Positions 40,003 to 53,446 of a stretch of 64,000 nucleotides of DNA are shown one piece after another. The DNA is taken from contig CM075991.1 in NCBI GenBank assembly GCA_038087875.1, positions 806,001-870,000 of the forward strand, written 5' to 3'. This stretch comes from Malacoraja senta (lineage: Eukaryota). A program made the position numbers and the translations under genes. Numbering within the stretch: position 1 is the stretch's first letter; the number at the start of each line of letters is the position of its first letter. The notes under the pieces were generated by a model. The model worked only from the letters and a program-made list of their open reading frames with translations, searched no databases and was not told the DNA's origin.

Positions 40003-41159
40003 AAAAGTAATTGGGGAGCATTGGAACAAAAATTTGCCCTTGGTACATATTAACTGTAATATAATATGCATGTTGGTAAATGCAATCAAAATAAAGATCT
40101 TTTTATCATTGTTGTGTTATGAATATCACAGAAAACATGATGTACTCTCAAGATCACATTAAATAGAATTTTATTGCTTAAATACATAGTTATTGGACTT
40201 TGCATTTCGGAAAAGTCCCAGCTGAGAGGAAGACAGCAAAATACTGAAAATATTGGGGGTGAAAATGACTTCAGGACAGTTTGTTAGGAAAACGAAGGAA
40301 ATGGTAACAGAATACTTATACAGCTGAGTGAGTATCTTTTATGGATGAGAAATTGTGTTCAACCAATTGATGACTTCATTGACAAAGTAACTAGCATGTT
40401 AGATAACAAGGAAGCCATTGGATGTAACAAATTTTGTTATAGATAATTTGGTCCGTGAAGTGCCCCATAAAAGATTACCGCATTAGATAAGCACCTGTGG
40501 ACTTGAACGTAATAGGTTAAGTCCAGGGGGTCAGATATGGGGCTTTATGTGAGGGCCAGATATATTGTCAGTGCAGAGGGGCTAGGAGCAAGGCCAAGTG
40601 TACATCCAGAGTCAAGGTCTGGAATAGTACTAGGTGTGCAGTCAAAGCTGGGACAATGGTTCAGCACTGGGAACCTAAGCAGGTAAGCAGCTATGATCAG
40701 GGTAGAATAGGGGGGTAAAGCTGGACTCAGGGTCAGGAATGAGAGAAGGTATGCAACTGGAGTTAGGGTCAGGAGTAGTCAGGGTTGGTGTGCAGTGAGA
40801 CCCAGGTTGGTCAACATGGGCCGTGTTTGATTATAATCTGATTTCCATACATGAATATACTAAGATCATTCATGTGCTGCACCTGTTGATCAGAGCCTGG
40901 CTCTACTGTGGAATGTAATTACGAATGTAATTTAGCCTAACCTTATTCATAGCTAATCCAATTTAAAGCATAAATATTGCATTCAAGTGTAAGTTAAAAG
41001 ACTCGCTACAGTATGCACCAGGTTGCACAATTTCAAGCTGAAAAATAGAAAAGCTCCGTACCAATGGGAGGGGAACCCCCCCCCCCCACTCGGTCGCTAA
41101 GCTCCGCCAGGCTTGGTCTCTCGCAATCTCTCACTCCCAACTCTCCCCCAATGTTGGCA

Positions 41160-41560
41160 GCCCTGGGTGTGGGTAAGGAGTGGGGGGCAGGAGGGGGAGT
41201 GGAGGGGGATGGGGAGGTGGAGTGGGGTGAGTGTGCGGTGGGGGAGTGTGGGGTGGGGGAGTGTGGGGTGGGGGAGTGTGGGGTATGTGGGGTGGAGGGT
41301 GGGGGAGTGGTAGTGGGGGGTGGGGGAGTATGGGGTGGGGGAGTGGGTGGGGGAGTGGGGTGTGAGGGGTGGGGGAGTGTGGGGTGGTGAAGTGGTAGTG
41401 GGGGGTGAGGGAGTGGGAGTGGAGGTGGGGGAGTATGGGGTGGGGGGGTCGGAGAGGAGGGGGGTGGTAGTGTACTTGTGAAGGGTGAAGGAGGGGGAGC
41501 AGGCAGGAGAGGGGAGGTGAGGGAGGGAGTGAAGGAGGGGAAGTGTGGGGAGAGGGTGAG
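41160..41560 (+). repeat. G-rich low-complexity tract (ggggagtgtggggt-type), G-quadruplex-prone
   Basis: Dozens of G3-G7 runs with almost no C on the + strand. Confidence 0.85.
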
Positions 41561-42019
41561 GGAGTTCCGTCACTTGGAGAGGGGTCCTGTTGCCGGGGGT
41601 GAGTGGGGGGTCGTGGGCAGTGGCCAGAGGGCAGGTGGCTGGGCAGTGGCCGGGCTGGTGGGGAGCGGGGGGGCAAGGGTCTTGCCTGGACACACTCCCC
41701 CACAGAGCAGCGGGGAGCCCCCGGGGAGGCAGCGCTGGCCCGGGTCCCCAGGATCCCAGACGCTCTAGCCCGCACCTGCACCCCACCCCCACCCCCACCA
41801 CAACAACTGGAACCCTCATCCCAGCCCCTCCAACCCCCACCCCTACCGTCCCGGGGCAGGCTGTCGAGGGGGGCTCCTCTCTGCGTCTCTCCTGCCCTCT
41901 TCCCGACTCGAGAGTGTCGCCAACGTCACCCAGAGCCGGGTAACCTGGGAAGGGGGGGGGGGGGGGGAGACACACAGGGGTTTAGCTGGGATTTTAACCA
42001 CCAACTTCTCTGCTGTCCT

Positions 42020-43280
42020 GTTTCATAAAATCATACGTGATAGGAGTAGAATTAGGCATTCGGCCCATCAAGTCTACTCCGCCATTCTATCATGGCTGAT
42101 CTATCTTTCACCATTCAGCCCCATTCTCCTGCCTTCTCCCCACAACCCCTGATGCCCGTACTTATCAATAATCTATCTCCGACTTTAAAATATCCATCCA
42201 CACATTCACCACCCTCTGACAAAATAAATTCCTCCTCATCTCCTTCTGATAGGAACATCCTTTAATTCTAAGGCTATGACCTCTGCTCCTAGACTCTCTC
42301 ACTAGTGGAAACATCCTCTCCACATCCACTCTCTCCAAGCCTTTCACTATTCTGTATGTTTCAATGAGGAGCCCCCTCATCCCTCTAATCTCCAGCGAGT
42401 ACAGGCCCAGTGCCGTCAAATGCTCATCATATGTTAACCCACTCATTACTAGGATCATTCATGTAAACCTCCTCTGGACCCTCTCCAGAGCCAGCACACC
42501 CTTCCTCAGATACGCGGCCCAATGTTGCTCACAATATTCCAAATGTGGCCTGACCAGCGCCTCATAGACCAGCGCCTCATAGACCAGCGCCTCATAGACC
42601 AGCGCCTCATAGACCAGCGCCTCATAGACCAGCGCCTCATAGACCAGCGCCTCCACATTACATCCCTGTTTTTGTATTTTAGCCCTCTTGAAATAAATGC
42701 TGGCATTGCATTTGCCTTCCTCACTACCGATTCAACTTTCAGATTAACTTTTTGGGAATCCTGCAACAACACTCCCAAGTCCATTTGCACCTCCGATTTC
42801 TGGGTTGTAGAGTCATAGTGTGATACAGTGTGGTAACAGGCCCTTTGACCCAACTTGCCCACACTGGCCAACAATGTCCCAGCTACACTAGTCCCACCTG
42901 CCTGCATTTAGTCCATATTCCTCCAAACCTGCCCTATCCATGTACCCGTCTAACTGCTTCTTATATGTTGGGATACTCCCTACCTCAACTGCATCCTCTG
43001 GCAGCTTGTTCCATACACCCACCACCCTTTTTGTGAAAGGGATTCTCTCCCCATTTAGATAATAGTCTACGCCTTTATTCCTACTACCAAAATGCATGAC
43101 TCCACACTTTGCTCCACTATATTCCATCTGCCACTTCTCAGCCCACTTTCCCAACCTGTCCAAGTCCTTCTGCAGAGTCCCTGCTTTCTCTACACTATCT
43201 GCCCCTCCATCTATCATTGTATCATCTGCAAACTTGGCCACAAATCCTTCAATCCCCTCACCCAAATCATTAATAAACAA
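42020..43280 (-). mobile_element. CR1 LINE fragments with an internal 15-nt tandem expansion and a nested CR1 3' end
   Basis: ORFs 42888..43283, 42459..42656 and 42165..42458. Confidence 0.85.
42552..42653. repeat. 15-nt tandem repeat (gaccagcgcctcata), about 7 copies
   Basis: Seen directly; an expansion of the CR1 LY(K/R)ALVRPHLEY codons. Confidence 0.95.
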
Positions 43281-43574
43281 CATGCCTGGCCCACATTCCC
43301 AAACCTGTCCAGGTCACATTCCTGCCTGAATGCCTCAGATTTCCAAAGGCTGGCAGTTGGATAAGGGGGAATTTCCTCACCCCGTCCTCAGTGGCCAACC
43401 CCTGGGTCTGAGTATGATCCTCGACACCCTCATCCCCTGCCCTGCCCGTGATCCACCAAGACCATCTCCCATGCTGCTGATCCTGGAGAACACGGTCTCA
43501 GTCTGCCTGCTGCCCTCACCCGCCACCCCTGGCAGCAAGACACGGACTGTCATTGTGCTCTCAGCACACACTCC

Positions 43575-44118
43575 CTCTGCTGGGACTCCCCACCTGCTCT
43601 GCTGGGACTCCCCACCTGCTCTGCTGGGACTCCCCACCTGCTCTGCTGGGACTCCCCACCTGCTCTGCTGGGACTCCCCACCTGCTCTGCTGGGACTCCC
43701 CACCTGCTCTGCTGGGACTCCCCACCTGCTCTGCTGGGACTCCCCACCTGCTCTGCTGGGACTCCCCACCTGCTCTGCTGGGACTCCCCACCTGCTCTGC
43801 TGGGACTCCCCACCTGCTCTGCTGGGACTCCCCACCTGCTCTGCTGGGACTCCCCACCTGCTCTGCTGGGACTCCCCACCTGCTCTGCTGGGACTCCCCA
43901 CCTGCTCTGCTGGGACTCCCCACCTGCTCTGCTGGGACTCCCCACCTGCTCTGCTGGGACTCCCCACCTGCTCTGCTGGGACTCCCCACCTGCTCTGCTG
44001 GGACTCCCCACCTGCTCTGCTGGGACTCCCCACCTGCTCTGCTGGGACTCCCCACCTGCTCTGCTGGGACTCCCCACCTGCTCTGCTGGGACTCCCCACC
44101 TGCTCTGCTGGGACTCCA
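43575..44118. repeat. 22-nt minisatellite (ctctgctgggactccccacctg), about 24-25 copies, essentially homogeneous
   Basis: Seen directly; the 22-aa periodicity in all frames reflects 3 x 22 nt. Confidence 0.97.
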
Positions 44119-47100
44119 CCCCTGCCCTGTGACACTCAGCCACCCAGATGGCTGGGAAATCCCTCCCATCACAGGTGGATCAGTGTAGGAAGGAACTGCA
44201 GATGCTGGTTTAAACCAAAGATAGACACTCAGCGGAACAGGCAGCATCTCTGGAGAGAAGGAATGGGTGATGTTTTGGGTCTAAAGAAGGGTCTCGACCC
44301 GAAATGCCACCCATTCCCCTCCAGAGATGCTGCCTGTCCCACTGAGTTACTCCAGCATTTGTGTCTAGCACAGGTGAATGAGTTTCCACGTCCCCTCCCA
44401 TCATCTCCCGAAATCATTGAATTGCCAAAGATTTCTGCCAGTGTGCAGAGAGAAGAGATTACAAGCACCGACACAAGCTGGAACCAGGAGGTGGCAGCTT
44501 CGGGGCAGGCCAGTGGGGACAGAGACACAATCACAGGCATGTGATCAGGGGTTCCCCTCCCCTCTCCCAGCCCTGCTCCACACCGCCCAATGTGTGATCA
44601 TGGCCATCCTCTAGCAGGAAGGCAGTTGTGTCTGTGACCCAGACACATCACCCTGTACCCCAGCCTCTGACACAAGGCACCCTATCTACGTAGCAGCCTG
44701 CCTCTGCAATGCCATTCTGTATCACACGCTCACACTTCACTCCCCCCACAGAACAACCAGTTGCTGACCCCCCCCCCCCCCAACACCACTCTGCAGTTTG
44801 GTGGGGCAGATACGCCAGTGCCGTTTTTGAGGCTTTTAGAAACATAGAAACAAAGAAAATAGGTGCAGGGGTAGGTAGGCCATTCAATATGATTTTTTAA
44901 AGTATCACTACTAAACTTAAAAGTTCCCCAGGGGAACAATGCAGGACATTAAGGATGAAGCCAATTGAAAGACTCCAGCATCTACACAGACAGGTCACCG
45001 GGATAATGCACACTGCAGTCCATAAATGAAAGCTGTGTACCAATGTATCCACTCCTTCCCCCTCTCCCCAGTCACTGTTGGTCATGTAGGAAACATCACA
45101 CCCGCAGCAGCAACAAGGCAGCACAGCGGGTAGAGCTGATGCCTCACAACGCCAGAGTCCCAGAGTCAATCCCGCCCTCGGGTGCTGCCTGTGTAGAGTC
45201 TGCACGTTCTCCTTGTGACCACGTGGGATTCCTCTGGGATTAGTTCTCCCACATCCCGTGCTGGTTAATTGTCCTCTGTAAATTGTCCCTAGTGTGTCGG
45301 GAGTGGAATAGCACAGAACTGTGTGAACGGGTGATCGATGGTCGGCATGAACTCCGTGGGCCGAAGGGCCTGTTTCCGTGCTGTAGATTCAAAGTCAATT
45401 GAAAAACCAAAGCAACTTTCCACAAATACAAGACACCAAGGTGGGGGGGGAGGGGGTGGTCAGTGAAGCTCCTCCCTCACATCAAGCTCCCCCACACCAA
45501 CTGATCCAAGTCAATGCTGTCTGTGTGGAGTTTGCAGGTTCCCCATGCACTGCATGGGCTTTCCCAGATGTGCCAGCTTCCTCATATCCCAAAGACATGC
45601 CAGATGGTAGATTAATTGCCTTCTGAACAACCTCTCCTGTGTAGGTCAGTGGTAGAATTGGTGGGAATGAAAGGAAGCCGAGGTTGTTGTTAATGAGCGT
45701 TTGTGGGTATCAGGGCTGAAGGGGCAGTTTCCAATCTCTACAGTTCTGCAATGTATTTCTAATAAATGAAACAGCTTTTCCATGAACTCCAGAGCCGGCA
45801 GCACAGTGACTTACTACACCGGCCAGAGAGCCACACCTTCTGATGCAGGGAGGAAGGGCAGCTTCGAGTCGGAGCATGGGAACAAGCCCTTTGGCCCAAT
45901 CTTGCCATGCCAACCAACATGCCCCATCCTCACTAGTTGCATCTGCCTGCAATTAACAGATATCCCTCTAAACCTTTCCTATCCATTACCTGTCCAAATG
46001 TGTTTTTAATATTATTGTACCAGTCTCAACTTCCTCCTCTGGAAGCTCGTTCCATGTGCCCACCACCATCTGAAAGAATTGCCTCCGTTTCCCATTAAAT
46101 CTTTCCCCTTTCACCTTAAACCAGTGTTCTCTGGTTCTTGACTCCCTGCTCCGGGTAAAAGACTTTGCATTCACCTCAACTATTCCCCTCATGATTTTAT
46201 ACACCTATATGTGCATCCCTCATCCTCCTGTACTCCAAGGATTAATGTCCTAGCCTCCCCAACCTCTCCCCATAGCTCAGGCCCTCAAACCCTGCAAACA
46301 TCCTTGTAAATCTTCTCTGCACTTTCTAGCTTAACAACATCCTTCCTATAGCAGGGAAACCAGATATTGGGGCTCCAAACCTGGCAGCGGATTTAATAGA
46401 GAGCCTCTCAGATAAGGGCCTGAATAGGGTGGATGTGGACAGGTGGTCTCCACTAGTGGGAGAGTCTAGGACCAGAGGCCAGAGCCTCAGAGTAAAAGGA
46501 CACACCTTTAGAAAAGAAATAAGGAATTACTTTAGTAAGAGGGTGGAGAATCTGTGACATCCATTGCCACAGACAGCTGTGGAGGCCAAGTCAATGTCTG
46601 TTTTTTTTTTAAGATTGACAGATTTTTGATTAGTAAAGGCGTCAGGGGTTATGGGAAAAGGCCAGAGAATGGGGTTGTGAGGGAAAGATAGATCAGCTAT
46701 GATTGAATGGCAGGGTAGACTTGCTGGGCCGAATGGCCTTATTCTGCTCCTAGAACTAATGAACATGACCCCATCTGCCATTTGAGGCACAATTGAGGAA
46801 TCGATCCCCAATATTTATCCATGACCCACCAGTTGTTTCTCTACAGAGACAACACTGAAAGCTGCATCACAGCTGGCTTTGGGAATAGCTCTGCTCCAGA
46901 CAATTGCAGGGTGGTGGATATAGCCCAGTCTACTCCCCATCACTGATCCCATCTACACTCTGTGCTGCCTCGGGAAGGCAGCCAACAAACAAAGTCTTGC
47001 CCGTATCACCACATCCCTCCTCCCTGCTCCCAGAAGATACAGAAACTTCCACAAGCTGGGGTACTGTCCGATTCACCTCCACCCCATTGAGGACATTGGG

Positions 47101-47917
47101 CGTTGCCTCTGGAACTGGTGCGCTACAATGCTGAGAACTGTGAGAGTTGGGCTGGTACTTACGTATAGTATCTGATCAGATAGCAGGCAAAACAAAGCTT
47201 TCCTCCGTACCTTAGTAGACGTGACAAACTCAAACCTATTGAGGAACAACGGGGAGATTTCTCTCTCCCACCCCCAGCATTTAACCCTCACCCACATCAC
47301 TAATAGTGTGTGTGGGACTGAGCAACCAATGCTGGCTGGCCGATGCCGCAGTGTGCAGGATGGTGTGGGCTCCATGTTGCATTGAAGCAGAGACCACACC
47401 TCATGGACCACAGACAGAGCTCTACCCGCTGCAACCCCAGCTGGCATTTTGTGCACAAAACAGCTTTTCTTCTCCCCCACACACAAGCTGCAAAGCATTG
47501 GAGACACAGCACAACTACACATGGAGGGTGGGTGGGTGGGTGGGTGGCAGTACTCAATCACAAATCCCACACACCTCCAAGGGACAAAAGGATTTTAATT
47601 CAGAACTAATGGAGATCCACGCAGAGGGTCTGATTCCGGAACACGCAAGTTATCTGTGCAAACTATCAGCTATTCACTTTCGCAGTCTCCTTTAAAACAA
47701 AGTCCCTTCAAGAAAACAAGAAAACCAAACCCACCCCCACCAAGTCAGGTTTAAAAGCCGGGAGACTTGGCCCACAACACGAAGCAGAAACACCGATGAA
47801 ATCCATCCTGAGGGTAGAGTGTGACCGCGGCCGGTACCGTCACGGACAGTCGGTGTGAAGCGATGGACTGGGGTCGGCTGGGCACAACCAGTCCGCCTTG
47901 TTGTGAGCCACGTTGTG

Positions 47918-48113
47918 TCACAAGCTCGGCTTGCCGGCGGCCTTATGTCTGGCGTGGCCGAGCTGTGCCGTGCAGTTGTACAGCCGGTTCACCTTGAGCA
48001 GGTCGAGCTGACTCAGCCGGCGTCTCTGGCCGATCACCGTGCCCCAGCCCGGCTGTCCCACCTGCGTCAGCGTCGGCGTCAGCGTCGGCTGCCCGTTCCT
48101 GGAAAACGCCGAC
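47918..48113 (-). CDS. Astacin-family metalloprotease, terminal coding exon
   Basis: Acceptor tAG, phase 2. (R)SAFSRNGQPTLTPTLTQVGQPGWGTVIGQRRRLSQLDLLKVNRLYNCTAQ...KPSL*, containing the astacin C-terminal IGQR..LS..D...N.LY.C motif. Confidence 0.9.
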
Positions 48114-48334
48114 CTACCGGCGGACAAGACCATCGATGCTCAGTAACATATGATACACGTCATGAGTGATAGGAGAAGAATTAGACCATTCGGCCCATCA
48201 AGTCCACTCCGCCATTCACTCATGGCTGATCTATCTCTCCCTCCTAACCCCATTCTCCTACCTTCTCCCCATAACATCTGACACCCGTACTAATCAAGAA
48301 TCTATCTATCTCTGCCTTAAAAACATTCACTGAC

Positions 48335-48810
48335 AAGAATTATCCCAGGAATGAGTAGGTTAACCTATGATGAGCATTTGACAGCACTGGGCCTGTACTT
48401 GTTGGAGTTTAGAACAATGAGGGGGGACCTCATTGAAACATAGAGAATAGTGAAAGGCTTGGATAGAGTGGATGTGGAGAGAATGTTTCCACTTGTGGGA
48501 GAGTCTAGGACTAGAGGCCATAGCCTCAGAATTCAAGGACGTTCCATTCGGAAGGAGATGAGGAGGAATTTCTTAAGGCAGAGGGTGGTGAATCTGTGGA
48601 ATTCTTTACCACAGAAGGTTGTGGAGGCCAAGTCAGTGGATATTTTTAAGGCAGAGATAGATAGATTCTTGATTAGTACAGGTGTCAGGGGTTGTGGGGA
48701 TAAGGCAGGAGAATGGGGTTAGGAGGGAGAGATAGACCAGGCATGATTGAATGCCGGAGTACACTTGATGGGCAGAATGGCCTAATTCTGCTCCGATCAC
48801 ATGACCTTAC
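48335..48810 (+). mobile_element. CR1 LINE 3' fragment, intronic and antisense to the astacin gene
   Basis: ORF 48450..48722. Confidence 0.85.
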
Positions 48811-49542
48811 GCAAGACTGCCCAAGGCAGCAGCCACAATGTATTTATGCAACAGCTGTTTTCTATGACTAACTTTTGTTCGGTTTAGAGATACAGCATAG
48901 AAACGGGCCCTTCTGATCACCCTAGTTCTACATCAACCGACGTTCTCATCCACTGCAGACACACTAGGGGAAAAAACCTACAAACCTGCACGTCTTTGGG
49001 TTGTGGGAGGAAAATAGTGGACCTGGGGGAAGCCCACATGGTCACAGGGAGAACGTGCAAACTCCACACAGACAGCACCCGAGGTCAGGATAGAACCTGG
49101 GTCTCCAGCACCGAGGCAGCGGCTCTACCTGTTCCACCACTGTGCTGTACTGAATACTTCATGAAATAGCAGCTGCAAATGGGGAAGGGCAAGGAAAAGT
49201 TTGCCAACGTTGGCAGCATCCAAAAGGTTGCTTTAAAGAGAAGGGGCAAGGGGTTAAGGAGGAGATTGCAGTTTTGTACAGTGACTACATCCAGGGCCAA
49301 ATGCCAAAGGTGGACAGTGGAGATCAGGGAGGGTTGCGGGTAGAGGATCACAGATTAACGAGGGCCAGTGGACAACATTGATGGGCAAAACACTGCTCCA
49401 TGCAGCTTGGGAGAAGGGGAATTGGACAGGCTGGTCTGCAAAGCTCACAGTTACTGCCACCAATGGTGAGCAGGATCTGAATATGTAGCGGGACATGGAA
49501 ACTGCCGTAGACCAAGGTGACAACACACAGCATCATCCTTAC

Positions 49543-49624
49543 CTGCTGTAGTGCAAGATGGAGCCATAATCATACTTGGTCTTCAAATTATTAGTGTTTT
49601 GCTTCAGGAAATTATGTTCATAAC
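49543..49624 (-). CDS. Astacin-family metalloprotease, Met-turn exon (82 nt)
   Basis: tttcAG/GTaagg boundaries. (G)YEHNFLKQNTNNLKTKYDYGSILHYS(R); phases match both neighbouring exons. Confidence 0.92.
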
Positions 49625-50789
49625 CTGAAACAGATGGAACAAAGTGACCAATCCTAGCATTTGCATGGACCTAAACAGGATTTCCTGCAGAGCAGAGAAA
49701 CTCACCAACAAACCGTGGGACATAACAGAACATGGACAACTTGGTTTTCCGTTTGAATAAAGGATGCGTCTGTTAAAATGTGAGTGTTCTTAGCCACTTC
49801 CCCAATTCATCATCAAACTGTACAACTTCCTACACCCACTTTGCCCATGTGATGCCCATCTATGCTAACCCCTTTAACCCCTGAACTCACTTAAACTTAT
49901 CCACTCCACCACCTTCCACATCCAATGCATTATCTACTCAATTCCACAACCTTCAGCACGATCCCACTGATAGTATCCCCATCTTCAACACTTTCTGCAG
50001 AGATTACTCCTTTAACCTTTTGCACGTTCAAACTTTGTCCCTCTCACTTTAAAGCCATGCCCTCTGGTATTTGACATTTCCACCCTGGGGCAGAGGTTGA
50101 CTGTCTATCCTATCTCTGCCTCTCATCATAGAACACGGAACACTACCGCACAGGAACAGGCCCTTCGGCCCACAATGCATCTGCTGAACATTGCCAAGAG
50201 CATCTTATCTGCCTGCTCGAGATCCATATCCATCCGCTTATCTAAAATCTCTTAAATGCCACCATCATATCTGCTTTCATCACCACCTCTAGCAACATAC
50301 TCCAGACACCCACCGTACAAAAATACATGAGCTGCCTATGTCCTTTAAGCCTTTAAAAGGGATGTTATCGAAGCACAAGTTGGGGAGATGAACAGCTTGG
50401 CATGAAAGGTTTCGCTAAACATCTGTGCTATTGTGAACTCACCAAAGTGGTTCCATCTCAACTGCCTCAGTTCAGGGGCAGGTAGGGATGGGCCACAGGT
50501 GCTGGCATGAACAACACTGGCAGAGCCAGATTTATAGTCCATCCCTACCTGCCCCAAGAGGCAGTTCACAGTGACCAACTTTAGTCTGCGGCCCCACATC
50601 AGACAGATGGGCTACGCTGGCAGCTCGACCCTCTGAAGGAAAGGACCAAACCAAACTGTCCAGCTGTTTAATCATTAGTCAGACACACTCCAGATTTAAT
50701 CGACCACTGCAATTCTCCCGCTGGTGAAATCTGAACTCTGGTCCCCAAGTCAATGATCCACAACTGGGGCTGATGTTTGACAACCTTTA

Positions 50790-51668
50790 CTAACCCCATT
50801 CTCCTGCCTTCTCCCCATAACCCCTGGCACCCGCGCTAATCAAGAATCTATCTATCTCGGCCTTAAAAATATCCATTGACATGGCCACCACAGCCTTCTG
50901 TGGCAATGAATTCCACACATTCACCACCCTCCGACTAAAGAAATTCCTCCTTACCCCTTCCGAAAGGAACGCCCTTTAAATCTGAGGGTATGACCTCTGG
51001 TCCTAGACTCTCCCACTAGTGGAAACATCCTCTCCACATCCACTCTATCCAGGCCTTTCATTATTTGGCAAGTTTCAATGAGGTACCCACTCATCCTTCC
51101 AAACTCCAGCGAGTACAGGCCCAGTGCCGTCAAACGCTCATCATATGTTAACTCACATTCCTTGGATCATCCTGGTAAACCTCCTCTGGACCCTCTCCAG
51201 AGCTGGCACATCCTTCCTCAGATATGGTGCCCAAAATTGCTCAAATGCAGTCTGACCAGCGCCGTAGAATGCCTCAGCAGTACATTCCTGTTTGGTATTC
51301 TAGTCCTCTCAAAATAAATGAGTTTGCCTTCTTTACTACCAATTCAATTGCAAATTAACTTTTTGGGAATCCAACACCAGCATTCCCAAGTCCCTTTGCA
51401 CCTCCGATTTCTGAATTCTCTCCCCATTTATTCCTACTACTAAAATGCATGACTCCACACTCCGCCACACTATATTCCATCTGCCCACTCTCCCAATCTG
51501 TCCAAGTCCTTCTGCAGAGTCCCTGCTTTCTCTGCCCCTAAAACGATCTTTATATCATCTGCAAACTTGGGCACAAAGCCTTCCATCTCCTCATGCAAGT
51601 TATTAATATACAACATGAAGAGTCGCGGCCCCATTACTGAGCCCTGCAGAACTCCGCTAGTCACTGAC
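50790..51668 (-). mobile_element. CR1 LINE fragment in an astacin intron
   Basis: ORFs 51470..51727 and 50951..51133. Confidence 0.8.
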
Positions 51669-51770
51669 ACACAGACATTGTTCCATGTTCTCTGTGGACA
51701 GAAACTCAGAACTTGAGCCAGGTGCACTCTGTGGTGAAGGACATGTGAAGGGGGGGGGGGACGCCATTAC

Positions 51771-51952
51771 CAGGCCACACGTTCTTCCACTCGATCCTGA
51801 TGTATTTATCGCGGTCGCTGCGGGCGTGCTCATGCCAGAAGCCCAGCGAGTGCATGATCTCGTGCTCAACAACACCCTTCCCCTTCTTCAGGCAACGCTG
51901 GCTCAGCGATACGAGCTGCATGCCCCCCACCCGGCCTACTGACGCATAGCAC
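51771..51952 (-). CDS. Astacin-family metalloprotease, zinc-binding exon (182 nt)
   Basis: cccAG/GTaatg boundaries. (G)CYASVGRVGGMQLVSLSQRCLKKGKGVVEHEIMHSLGFWHEHARSDRDKYIRIEWKNVWP contains the astacin signature HExxHxxGxxHExxRxDR. Confidence 0.96.
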
Positions 51953-53446
51953 CTGGGGGAGAGACAGAGAGAGAGATACACACACAGATCAGTGAATGTA
52001 GACACTGGGGACAGGGAGACAGACACAGCATCATCCCACCCACCCAAGACACACAGCACCTGGGAGAGAGAGACACACACACACACACACACACACACAT
52101 CAGTGAACCCAGGCAAAAGGCCCAGAGAGAAACAATGACTCATCTTTCATCATCCCACCAACCTGGCCCCTCAAATGCATAACACCCGAGAGAGAGAGAG
52201 AGAGAGATATGCAGTTCAGCAAACTCCAGCACAGGGTCACAGGGAGAAATTGCAACAGGCAGTGAGGACAAAACATGCCACTGCAGGCAATGCCAACACA
52301 GACCCCAATGTCCTGCATGCGGTGGGCTCTGAACTGGATTCTGTGTTTGGGTCACTGATGACATTGACCAGAGGTTGAGGGGTGACCCGACACAAGTATA
52401 TAGAACAAGGAGCATGGATAGGTAGAGAGCCAGACATTCTCCCCCCCCCCCCCCCCCCCAGAGTGGAAATATCAAATACTAGAGGGCCGTTTAAAAGGGA
52501 CGCACAGGGCAAGTTTTTCGAGTGGGTTGCGGATGCTTGGAATGCATTGCCTGGGGTGGTGGAGGTAGCAGATATGAAAGTAAGGTTTAGGAGCCTTTAT
52601 CTGGCCACAGACAGAGAATGGAGGGATGTGGATCAGGTGCAGACAGATGGGATTTATTTGGCTTGCCATTGTGTTTGGCATAGACATTGGGGGCTGAACA
52701 GCCTGTACTGTGTTCTATTCCCTTCCATGGACATTGTTACCAAACCAAAACCATTCTACAGCGAGAACAACCCAATAGTTTGAGGCTTCTCAGTGCTGCC
52801 GATTTATTCCAGATTCACTTCAATCAAAGCTTGCGGGTTAGGATTAATTGACGTGCATTCAGGACCGATCAGAAGAGATATCAAGGGGTTGAGAGGTTGG
52901 GGCTGGTGCAGGGGAGTGGTGGCATTGGCCAGCACATTGAACGGAGCCCCAGTCTGTTCCCAATCCCATTTCTTCTGTTCTATGGAGGCACTGAACTGCA
53001 GGTGCTGGAATCCTGACCAAAAAAACAAAGTGCTGGAGGAACTCAGCAGGTCAGGCAGCATCTGGGGAAGGAATGCACGGATGAAATTTTGAGTCGTCCC
53101 TTCATCGGACTGAAGTAGGATTCCATTCCAAAATGTTGCCCTCCATGCTCTCCACATTGCTTCATTCGCCAAGTTCCACCTACACCTTGTCTACTCTTCT
53201 ATCGTTTATTTTAATTAGACCATTAAACACAAGGCCACTCATTTAAACCACGGGGTTACAGCACGCCAAGAGATGCTGTGCCTTCCATTCAGATGCTGCT
53301 CCCAGTGTTGGGGCTACTGACCACACAACAGCAGTGTACGTGATGCAGGATGGGCCAAGTGGAAGGTCTGGGGAACCGGTCCTAGGGCACTGGAGGTATC
53401 CGTCTGAACCCACAGAGCAAAGGACCATTGGTGCGTCTCCACCTAC

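Noticed and set aside
41097..41975. 292-aa Pro/Thr-rich extensin-like ORF
   Set aside because: Low-complexity G/C tract lacking stops; no domain or splice support.
43382..43528. Possible minus-strand exon (ccAG...GTGAG) as an extra astacin C-terminal exon
   Set aside because: No recognisable domain, and the astacin frame already terminates at 47918 with no evident donor.
43330..44544. 404-aa ORF, and a CRISPR-like appearance of the array
   Set aside because: A 22-nt head-to-tail minisatellite with no spacers, in eukaryotic DNA; no cas genes.
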